Source: a bacterium (lineage in GTDB: Bacteria; Patescibacteriota; Minisyncoccia; Minisyncoccales; CG1-02-41-26). From it: a stretch of 64,000 nt of DNA. The notes under the pieces were generated by a model. The model saw only the letters and a program-made list of their open reading frames with translations. It was not told the origin of the DNA and did no database searches. The stretch spans positions 57,571-121,570 of the forward strand of contig JAGGXV010000022.1 in assembly GCA_021162885.1 (NCBI GenBank). Direction: 5' to 3'. Below are positions 1 to 7,681 of this stretch, in pieces; position 1 is the first letter of the stretch, and every line of letters starts with the position of its first letter. The translations under genes and the position numbers were made by a program.

Positions 1-382
1 TTTCTTCTTTTATCTTCTGGGCATCTTCTGGAGATACTTCTCTTTTTATTACCTCTCCCTTCTCAAATAAAGAAAGAATTTCTCCTTTTTTTTCAGATAA
101 AATATCCTCAAGAAATTCAGCGGTTTTTTCTTTTTCGGTTATTTTTTTAGGAAAGATGTAAACGATGTTTTTCTTTTTGGTCTGAGCTAAAGGTTCGGTT
201 CTTTGAGCAAAAAAAATTTCCCCTCGCTGACCGGGAATTTCCTTGAAAGACACCTGTTGGCCCAAAGCCAAAGCGCTATAAAAATCTCCTTTTTTTATTT
301 GTAAAGAATAAAGCCGAGAAAAAAGGAGAACAAAAGAACCAATAAAAAGGAAAAAAATAACATAGGTTTTCCAAACTTTCAT
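1..382 (-). CDS. Penicillin-binding protein (FtsI/PBP2-like), N-terminal part, truncated by the window edge
   Basis: Open frame from ATG at 382: MKVWKTYVIFFLFIGSFVLLFSRLYSLQIKKG...QRGEIF. It has an N-terminal TM helix and the RL..LQ and RG.I motifs of class B PBPs, and follows mraZ-rsmH-ftsL. Confidence 0.75.
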   Translation of the reverse strand, partial: MKVWKTYVIFFLFIGSFVLLFSRLYSLQIKKGDFYSALALGQQVSFKEIPGQRGEIFFAQRTEPLAQTKKKNIVYIFPKKITEKEKTAEFLEDILSEKKGEILSLFEKGEVIKREVSPEDAQKIKEE

Positions 383-397
383 GCTAAAAATTTCTTC

Positions 398-772
398 TTA
401 ATGATTTTCCCTGGCCAAAAGGTCGTAAGATATGGAGATATATTTGATTTCAGAAATCGGAACAAAATTCAATTTCTGAACCTCTTTCTCAATGTTTTCC
501 AAAGAAAGCGTCTTTATTGCTTCGGTCACCAGCATCTCATTTTCTGAAGTAAGTTTTTCGAGATCGCGACTATAATTTTTAACTAAATAGTTTTCTTTGA
601 TCACCAGCCCCACCTGAAATAAATAGAAAGACAAAAGAGGAAGAATCAAGAACAAAACCATTATCAGAGTTAATTGTCGGAAATTCGCCTTCCAAACCTC
701 AATTAGATTTCCAATCTTGGCTAAAAAACTCAAATTTGGAGTAAGTGTTTGATGATTGGTACAGTTCATCAT
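398..772 (-). CDS. FtsL-like cell division protein
   Basis: Single TM helix followed by a coiled coil; lies between rsmH and the PBP gene. Confidence 0.55.
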   Translation of the reverse strand: MMNCTNHQTLTPNLSFLAKIGNLIEVWKANFRQLTLIMVLFLILPLLSFYLFQVGLVIKENYLVKNYSRDLEKLTSENEMLVTEAIKTLSLENIEKEVQKLNFVPISEIKYISISYDLLARENH

Positions 773-1650
773 AATAATATCTTGATGGCCCCCCTTAATT
801 TAGCCGATCTTGATCGAGGATTTTTTTGAACTTCTTTAATTGAGGGCCTAATTGGTTTTTTGGTTAAAATCTTCAGAAGACCTTTTTTACTGTTTTCTTT
901 AAAAAAGTTTTTGACAATTCTATCTTCCAAGGAGTGAAAAGAAATAACCACTATCCTCCCTTTTTTGTCTAAAACTTCCAGAGCTTGAGGCAGCGCTTTT
1001 TTAAAATTTTCCAACTCATCATTAACCACAATCCTCAAGGCCTGGAAGGTTTTTCTGCTAAAACGCTTGCTACCGATAATCTCTACTAACTGTCCCGTGC
1101 TCTCTATTGTTTTTTTCTTTCTGGTTTCAACGATTTTTCTGGTAATCCTTCTGGCAAATCTCTCTTCGCCATACTCTCGTAAAATCCTCTCAATTTCCTT
1201 TTCTGGCCATCTATTTACAATTTCTCCAGCCGTCAAATTTTTAATTTTTAATTTTTCATTTTTATTTTCTTTACGGTATCTCATATCAAGGGGCTCCTCT
1301 CTCTGGAAACTGAATCCTCTACCTGATTTTTCCAAATGCCAACTTGACAATCCTAGGTCAAATAAGATTCCATTAACCGGCCCAAAGTTATGTTCTCGAA
1401 CAATCTTTTTAAGATTCGTATAAGAATCGTTCACTAAAATCAACCTGTTTGAAAATTGAAAATTGAAAATTGAAAATTTTTTATAGAGTTCTGGGTCAAT
1501 CTCAATCCCTAAAACCTTACCTTTAGGAGCATTCTTTTCAAGAATTTCTTTACTATGACCCCCCAACCCAAAGGTAGCATCGATAAAATTCTCATTCGGC
1601 TTAACATCAAGATATTCTATAACTTCTTTTTGTAAAACTGGAATGTGCAT
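769..1650 (-). CDS. rsmH: 16S rRNA m4C1402 methyltransferase RsmH
   Basis: MHIPVL, DATFGLGGHS, LFDLGLSS, PLDMR, ISFHSLEDRIVK, NPRSRSAKLR. Start moved to ATG at 1650. Confidence 0.96.
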   Translation of the reverse strand: MHIPVLQKEVIEYLDVKPNENFIDATFGLGGHSKEILEKNAPKGKVLGIEIDPELYKKFSIFNFQFSNRLILVNDSYTNLKKIVREHNFGPVNGILFDLGLSSWHLEKSGRGFSFQREEPLDMRYRKENKNEKLKIKNLTAGEIVNRWPEKEIERILREYGEERFARRITRKIVETRKKKTIESTGQLVEIIGSKRFSRKTFQALRIVVNDELENFKKALPQALEVLDKKGRIVVISFHSLEDRIVKNFFKENSKKGLLKILTKKPIRPSIKEVQKNPRSRSAKLRGAIKILL

Positions 1651-1692
1651 AACTCCACGAATTACGAATTTATATGAATAAATATACGAATG

Positions 1693-1852
1693 GCTTCTGA
1701 GGGCGAGGCAGGCCTGCTGACCATCGACCTCTCGGAGGCCTGCTGGCTTGGTCCCCGCTGAAAGCGGGGCAGCAGGCCGAGAGTGGAGCGGCAATTTTTC
1801 GCTGGAAAAAATTGACCGCGTCCGATAGGCAGTAGGGCCCTGCCGAGCCCTT
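1693..1852. repeat. GC-rich multi-hairpin intergenic element (CTCGG family)
   Basis: Ends GGGCGAGGCAG...CTGCCGAGCCC pair with each other; shares its ends and a CCATCGRCCTCTCRGA block with 60692-60808. Confidence 0.6.
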
Positions 1853-1853
1853 C

Positions 1854-2285
1854 TTACACTCCCAGTTCTTTCAACCTTTCAGCGATATCTCCTGCTTCTT
1901 TCTCGGTTTTTTGTTTGTAAAAGTTCCAGTTCTTCTCATCCCAAATCTCAATCCGATTATAAAGACCAGCAATAACTACTTTTTTTGAAAGATGAGCATA
2001 TTTTTTTAAATAATCAGGAATTAAAATCCTTCCTAATCTATCTAAATTAACTTCCATGGCGCCTGCCAGCATTATTCTGACAAATCCCCTGGCATCAGCT
2101 TGAGACAATGGCAATTGGGATAACTTTTTAGCCAACTTCTCCCACTCCCTAACTGGATACAAAAATAAACAGTTGTCCAGCCCTCGAGTAACAATCGCTT
2201 TTTTACCCAAAAGCTGTCTAAATTTAGCTGGAATCGCCAACCGCTTTTTATCATCAATTGTATATGTGTATTCCCCTAAAAACAT
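1854..2285 (-). CDS. mraZ: Transcriptional repressor MraZ
   Basis: MFLGEY..TIDDKKRLAIPAKFR, TRGLDNCLFLYP, LDRLGRILIP, RIEIW. Confidence 0.97.
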   Translation of the reverse strand: MFLGEYTYTIDDKKRLAIPAKFRQLLGKKAIVTRGLDNCLFLYPVREWEKLAKKLSQLPLSQADARGFVRIMLAGAMEVNLDRLGRILIPDYLKKYAHLSKKVVIAGLYNRIEIWDEKNWNFYKQKTEKEAGDIAERLKELGV

Positions 2286-2294
2286 AAATTTTAG

Positions 2295-2472
2295 TTATCC
2301 ACAATTCTGCCTAGTTATCCCCACATTTATCCACAATTTCCCATCTGTTTCCATTTTCTCTCCATTTTGAACCAAAGTCAATCACTTCTCTACACTTTTT
2401 AAAACCCTTATTTTTATTGAAAAATCAAGAAAAATTCTATTTTATGGATTATTTTTCCACAGATTTTCCACA
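2295..2472. promoter_or_regulatory. mraZ upstream region: ~10-nt-period (G/A)TGG repeats (MraZ-box-like) and four DnaA-box-like 9-mers
   Basis: TTATCCACA at 2295 and 2327; TTTTCCACA at 2453 and 2464; CCAC/CCAT recurring at about 2321, 2331, 2341, 2352 and 2362. Confidence 0.55.
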
Positions 2473-2532
2473 ATTGGCTAGAAACAAAAAACCACCTCTT
2501 AAAAGGTGGCGGATTCTTTCAAAGATAACTAA

Positions 2533-2647
2533 GAGGCCAAGAGCACTTGCTGAAGGGAATATTTAAGTAAGGACGAGGGTGACTGCAAGGCAGCTTACCC
2601 GAGCCCCCCCTTTTTTTTGCTCCCTGAAGCAAATTGCCCGAGCCTCT
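2533..2647. repeat. Hairpin element after the surface-protein gene (CTCGG family, divergent)
   Basis: AGAGGC..GAGCA...TGCCCGAGCCTCT terminal pairing, directly after the stop codon at 2650. Confidence 0.4.
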
Positions 2648-2649
2648 AA

Positions 2650-4761
2650 TTACTCTTTGAAATATCCTTGAGTTTTGAGTTGAGAAATTTTTCTTTTCAA
2701 ATTCTTTTTTGCTCGGTATTCAGCTATTTCTCTTTTTCTTTTTTCTGTCCATTTATCTAAGGCAATAAATTTCGATTTGAGAATCCAAACTACAGCAAAT
2801 GCTATTCCCAAAGGAAATAAAACGGAATCTAAAATTCTATTGGTAATACCGGTGGGAACTTCAGTAATAATTCCAGCCACCGCTTTTCTTCGAACCCTAA
2901 CTTTACAGCTATCAGTATCGGAAGTTTCCTCGTTATAAGCTCGGGCAGTGTTGATTAGCTCAGTTTGGCCGTAGCCAAATTTTCTTTCAGAAGCGACTTT
3001 TGCTCGAAAGATAATTGTCTTTGACTTTCCCGGCGACAAATCTCCTATATTAATAGCGGTTTTGGTTATATTTTTGGTTTCAGGAACATTATCTATTTCT
3101 AAATTACCTTGATAGATTATTTTTGATGGCAAATCATCTTTTACCTTTACATTTTGAACCACCGCATCACCAGTTGATTTGACTACTATCTTAAAAAGCA
3201 ATTCATCTCCAGGGTTAGCACTTCTGTAGATGTTATACCATTTGCTATCTCCCCGAGACAGATTCTTGACTGATTTTGCAACACTTAACTCTCCTTCACC
3301 TAAACTTTTTACCCTTAAACTCCATTGACAATTTTTATTAGAAGAATCTCCATCAAGCCCGATGACGATATCTGAAGAAGGGGTTCCTTGCCAAGTTTTT
3401 GTCCAATAGTTATTTTCTCTAGAATATATTTTACTGCAGCCAGAACTGTAAATAACCAAATCATTTACATTACAACCTGCTCCTGACCAACTCAATTCAA
3501 CTTTAATTTTTTTACCAGCAGATTCTCGAACTTTGTAATATTTCCAATCGCCATTGTTCAAACAACCATCTCTTGAGTCGCCAATATACATATAACCATC
3601 AGGATTGGAACAGCTTGAAGTGCTTTTTGAACAAACTTCCTCCTCTTCTTGGTTAAGCACTAAAACTTGCATGCTATCAGAATCACTAAGCCCTTTATCG
3701 TCAGTAACAGTTAAGGTACAAGTGTAGGTTCTGTCATAACTGACTTCTGGTGCCGTGAAACTTGGTTGAGCAATATATCTGTTGGAAATATAACCTCCGG
3801 TACAGGACCATCGATAGCTTATTGGGTCTCCGTCAGGATCAGAGCCAGAGCCTTCTAAAGTTATTGAGTGGCTTTCGTAAACCTCTTTATCGGGCCCTGC
3901 AAAAGCCGTCGGTGAGTGATTGATATTATCCACTTTGGTAGTTACGATATTGCTTTCCAATGGCTCTGTTTCAGAGCTATCAATAACCGCTTTGTTGTAA
4001 ATGTAAGTTGTGCCAACCGGAAGACCATCTTTAATTCTAACTTTAAATATCTTAGTGCTCGAATCGCCTGCCTCTAAAGTCCCAATATTCCAGCTGATTT
4101 TTCCCCCAGAAACACTGCCTCCATCATTATCGTAAATATCAAGATAATTCTCGTCGTAATCATCGGATATTACTACCCCAGTGGCTGCGGCTTTCCCAGA
4201 ATTTTTGTAAGATAAAATATAACTTAATATTTCACCTGGTTGAGCCGTACTTTTATCAACCGATTTGCTTATTGAGAGTTCTGGAGTAAAAATTTCTTTA
4301 AGAGAAAAAGTTGCTGATATGTTGCGCACGCTATTTGCTTGGCCCGGCCAGTCATGGGTGTTCCAGCGATGGTCAACTCTAAGTGTATGCACCCCAGCAC
4401 TAAGGTCTCTTTCTCCTAAATTCTCATTTATATAACAATCTGTTCCGCAATCATGTGTTGTGCCAATATATTCTCCGTCAACAAAAAATTTAACTTGTTC
4501 GTGCTTTTGTATCTCGGGGCCATTGCAGTAAGCGTTAAGATAGAGGTCGTATTTTCCCCCATAAGGTAAATTAATGGTGGTTGTTCGCGAATGGATTGGA
4601 TGGTAATCGTCCCAAGCGCAAACTCCTCCTCCAAAATCTGCTGTGTATTCAGCAATATAGCTCTGAGCAAAAGCAAAATTTAAAGGCAAAACTATCCCTA
4701 TTAGAACTAAAGATAACATTTTGCTAGAGATTATTAGTTTGTTTTTGTTTTCGTCAGTCAT
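2650..4761 (-). CDS. Secreted/surface protein with DUF11-like Ig repeats, a PKD domain and a C-terminal membrane anchor
   Basis: Signal peptide (AFA-Q), LSISKSVDK..A.PGE.LSY (DUF11-like, twice), GSGSDPDGD.ISY.W (PKD), then EVPTG + TM + basic tail. Confidence 0.8.
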   Translation of the reverse strand: MTDENKNKLIISSKMLSLVLIGIVLPLNFAFAQSYIAEYTADFGGGVCAWDDYHPIHSRTTTINLPYGGKYDLYLNAYCNGPEIQKHEQVKFFVDGEYIGTTHDCGTDCYINENLGERDLSAGVHTLRVDHRWNTHDWPGQANSVRNISATFSLKEIFTPELSISKSVDKSTAQPGEILSYILSYKNSGKAAATGVVISDDYDENYLDIYDNDGGSVSGGKISWNIGTLEAGDSSTKIFKVRIKDGLPVGTTYIYNKAVIDSSETEPLESNIVTTKVDNINHSPTAFAGPDKEVYESHSITLEGSGSDPDGDPISYRWSCTGGYISNRYIAQPSFTAPEVSYDRTYTCTLTVTDDKGLSDSDSMQVLVLNQEEEEVCSKSTSSCSNPDGYMYIGDSRDGCLNNGDWKYYKVRESAGKKIKVELSWSGAGCNVNDLVIYSSGCSKIYSRENNYWTKTWQGTPSSDIVIGLDGDSSNKNCQWSLRVKSLGEGELSVAKSVKNLSRGDSKWYNIYRSANPGDELLFKIVVKSTGDAVVQNVKVKDDLPSKIIYQGNLEIDNVPETKNITKTAINIGDLSPGKSKTIIFRAKVASERKFGYGQTELINTARAYNEETSDTDSCKVRVRRKAVAGIITEVPTGITNRILDSVLFPLGIAFAVVWILKSKFIALDKWTEKRKREIAEYRAKKNLKRKISQLKTQGYFKE

Positions 4762-4776
4762 AAATTTTATGATTAA

Positions 4777-4805
4777 ATTTTATCACTTATTATATTCTTT
4801 GTCAA
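4777..4805 (-). promoter_or_regulatory. Sigma70-type promoter
   Basis: TTGACA-17 nt-TAAAAT just upstream of the 4761 start. Confidence 0.6.
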
Positions 4806-4816
4806 GAGGAGAGTTA

Positions 4817-5428
4817 CTAAATGGGTTTTGCTAAAATAGCCAATCTTTTGAAATCTTTTCCCGGTGGCCAACATGTTATAAGCACTAATTGGGAATTATC
4901 TTTATTGTTTTCTGACAAGAAGTTTTGACCATTTTGGGGATAAAAAATATTTTTATCATAAACTTGATAAACATACTTGCGATTCCTGTAATAAATAATA
5001 ATTTCATCTCCCTTTTGTAATTCATCTAAACGACTGAAAACATCGTCATAATTTATCTTTGGCCAGTTAGGAGGCGCGCTGTGGCCAAAAATTAATGTCC
5101 TGCCATGCTCGTTTGGCAAAGAATAATCTGGATGTAGCAAAACTCCTTTTTTTAAGGCATTTTTAAAATCTTTTTCATTGTTGCTTTCAGTAAAAATAAT
5201 TGGAGCTTCAATTCCAATTTTAGGAATCTCAATAGAGTTTTCTTTATCAAAATAACTCTCTTTTCTTAACTTCTCCTCGGATTTGTCTTTTTGGAAAAAA
5301 TCAGAGACCTGAGCAGAAATAACTCTATAATTAAAAATCCAGGAAATATCGTTCCAGTTTACAATCAAAAAACTTACCAGAAATATAGAAATAAAAAACT
5401 TGTAAAGATGTTTGATATCCTCTTTCAT
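4817..5428 (-). CDS. Sortase family protein
   Basis: IEIPKIGI, FGHS, FSRLDEL.KGD.I, LVLITCWP..R (His/Cys/Arg triad); N-terminal TM. Confidence 0.88.
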   Translation of the reverse strand: MKEDIKHLYKFFISIFLVSFLIVNWNDISWIFNYRVISAQVSDFFQKDKSEEKLRKESYFDKENSIEIPKIGIEAPIIFTESNNEKDFKNALKKGVLLHPDYSLPNEHGRTLIFGHSAPPNWPKINYDDVFSRLDELQKGDEIIIYYRNRKYVYQVYDKNIFYPQNGQNFLSENNKDNSQLVLITCWPPGKDFKRLAILAKPI

Positions 5429-5433
5429 ACCTT

Positions 5434-6402
5434 TTAATAAATACCTAAGTTATGCGGAATGAATTGAATTACAAAATCTTTGCTTATGAAGATGAACAAA
5501 ACCAATATGGCTCCAATGAGAACTGTTTTTAAAATTAAATCTTTATGTTGAATGTCAAACCTGACAAAAACATTTAAAAATAAAGCAGAAACAATAAAAA
5601 TCAATGAATAGGATATAATTTTGTGCAATAAATTATTATATTTTTTTGTCATAAATTTCAAAAAATTAAAGAAAGTGCTGGTTTCTCCTTTAACTTCTTC
5701 TTGAATATCTCCTTGTTTTTGTCTTTGTTCCGATTTTTGCTCTGGTTCTGTTTCTGGAGCTGAGACGGGAGCTGTTTCGACAACTCCTTCAACCCTCTTT
5801 TTTTTCGGTTCAACAAGTGATTGTTGGGGCGAACCAAAAAGCTGAACAACCACTGTCGCTTCGTTTCCTTTAAAATTTCCCTTTAAAATAGCAATTCCAA
5901 TATCTTGGTATTTCGGATTTAAGAGATTTGCTCTATGAGAAGGAGAATTGTCCCAGGCTCGATAGATTTCTTCTGAATCCAGAAATCCTATACCTAAATT
6001 CTCCCCTGCTACTTGATAATTATAATTTGCCTTTCGGAACCAGTACCAGGGAGTTGTTCCATCGGGACTTTGGTGACTAAAATAACCTTTATTGAGCATA
6101 TCTTGAGCTTTAAGCTGAGCTGCTTTATTTAATAGCGGGTTTTCTCTCAGTGGGTTAAGGCCTAAATCCTTCCTTTGTTGATTAGTCAGTTCAATTAAAG
6201 TAATTCTTGAAATCTCAGCGAAAAAGGGTGTGTTTGGAAAATAAAACAGAAAAGAAATAAAAACAAACTTTAAAAGAACTACAACCAAAAGATAATAAAA
6301 TAAAAATTTGCTCTCTAAAAACTTCGGCCGATAACTATTTTCCTCACAGGGAACAAATATTATTTTTAGTTTTACAGCAATCTTTTTGAACTTCGATTTC
6401 AT
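5434..6402 (-). CDS. CAP (SCP) domain membrane protein
   Basis: TNQQR..GL.PL, KAQDM..GYFSH.SPDG, AGENLG, SPSHRANLL, DIGIA. Confidence 0.9.
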   Translation of the reverse strand: MKSKFKKIAVKLKIIFVPCEENSYRPKFLESKFLFYYLLVVVLLKFVFISFLFYFPNTPFFAEISRITLIELTNQQRKDLGLNPLRENPLLNKAAQLKAQDMLNKGYFSHQSPDGTTPWYWFRKANYNYQVAGENLGIGFLDSEEIYRAWDNSPSHRANLLNPKYQDIGIAILKGNFKGNEATVVVQLFGSPQQSLVEPKKKRVEGVVETAPVSAPETEPEQKSEQRQKQGDIQEEVKGETSTFFNFLKFMTKKYNNLLHKIISYSLIFIVSALFLNVFVRFDIQHKDLILKTVLIGAILVLFIFISKDFVIQFIPHNLGIY

Positions 6403-6445
6403 ATTAATACCTCTATTAATATTATACTAATATTTTTAATAAAAG

Positions 6446-6473
6446 TCAACCTCCAAAATTTACTGGAGGTTGA
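6446..6473. terminator. Terminator-like hairpin
   Basis: TCAACCTCCA...TGGAGGTTGA inverted repeat between genes. Confidence 0.5.
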
Positions 6474-6509
6474 TAACTTTTTACCGCTAAAAAGAGTTTC
6501 TAAATTAAC

Positions 6510-7673
6510 TTATTCTTCAGGAAAACTCTCTAATAATTTCTTAAGTTCTTCCATTTCTTCTGGAGAAGGAAGTTGTTCGGAAGGATTTTTTTCCGGGGTT
6601 GAGGAAAAAAGTCCAGAACTCTGAAGCGATGATTCTTGAGGAGAAAATCCAAATACTCCCGAGGGTAAAATTTCCTCCAAGGGTTTGAACTCTCCAGGAG
6701 CTTCAATTTTTAACTCTTGATTGAAATCGGAAAATTTAAAATCAATCGCCATTTTTATTTTTGCTTGCTCCGCTTCAGTCTCTTGGAATTGCTCAAACTG
6801 ACTTAAATTTATTTCTTTTTCTCCTTTAATTCTTCTTAACCAACTATTCCTACTTATCCAAACCTCAAAAGTTATCGGTCCAACTTTACTGAAAAACTTC
6901 TCAAAATTTTGAGGCAAACTAACCATTGCTTCTTTCAATTTTTCTTCGTAACTGACTTTCTCTTCCTCGGGCAGATACTTTTTAAGTCTTGGTAAGAACT
7001 CCAAAATCACCTCTTTAACTTCTTCTTTTTTCAAACTAACCAAAAGGTGGTTAACTTTAACTCCATCAATTTCTTCTGTGCCAAAATCTTTTTCAATTTT
7101 GAAAAACTTTCTTCCTTTCAAAGCCTCAACAAACTCTTCAACCATTTCTTTTGTTTTCTCTTTATCGGTAGATTGAGTGGTGGTTGGAATTTTACCTTGT
7201 AATCTTTGGGTTAGCGATTCTTTACTGATTTTGAACCATTGATTTTTAAATTCTTCCAAACCTTGAGCCAGAAAAGGAATAGTTGGTAAGCGGTTAAAAA
7301 CGAAATAGAGGTCTCCCTCAATAGTTCTCAACTCGCCAGCAAAACAAAACTCTATCCCTTCACTTCCCAAAGTTATTTCAAAATCAGAAGAACTTTTCGC
7401 ATTTTTAATATCTAAATTGTTCAAAAAATCAGCAGAAATCTGAAAACTCTCGGTTCTTTCTTCCCCAACTTCCTCAATAGTAAAGTCAATATCTCCCTCA
7501 GTTTTCAAACTCTCCAATTTTATCATTTCAGCCATTGCTCTCTCAACCATTTCTTCTCGAGAAGAAACAAAAGGATTCCAGAGAGGGTTCCAAAGTTGAG
7601 TATAAAGAGCCAGCAATGTTCCCCCAATCGCCACCACGATAACTATTGGTATTAAAATTTTAAGTTTTGGCAT
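6510..7673 (-). CDS. Membrane-anchored hypothetical protein (LppX/LolA-like beta architecture possible)
   Basis: 387 aa ORF with an N-terminal TM and a C-terminal FSDFNQ.LKIEAP pattern. Confidence 0.6.
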   Translation of the reverse strand: MPKLKILIPIVIVVAIGGTLLALYTQLWNPLWNPFVSSREEMVERAMAEMIKLESLKTEGDIDFTIEEVGEERTESFQISADFLNNLDIKNAKSSSDFEITLGSEGIEFCFAGELRTIEGDLYFVFNRLPTIPFLAQGLEEFKNQWFKISKESLTQRLQGKIPTTTQSTDKEKTKEMVEEFVEALKGRKFFKIEKDFGTEEIDGVKVNHLLVSLKKEEVKEVILEFLPRLKKYLPEEEKVSYEEKLKEAMVSLPQNFEKFFSKVGPITFEVWISRNSWLRRIKGEKEINLSQFEQFQETEAEQAKIKMAIDFKFSDFNQELKIEAPGEFKPLEEILPSGVFGFSPQESSLQSSGLFSSTPEKNPSEQLPSPEEMEELKKLLESFPEE

Positions 7674-7681
7674 TTCTCTTA

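Noticed and set aside
1651-1794. Long N-terminal extension of RsmH in the ORF track
   Set aside because: It reads through a GC-rich repeat element; the conserved start is MHIPVL at 1650.
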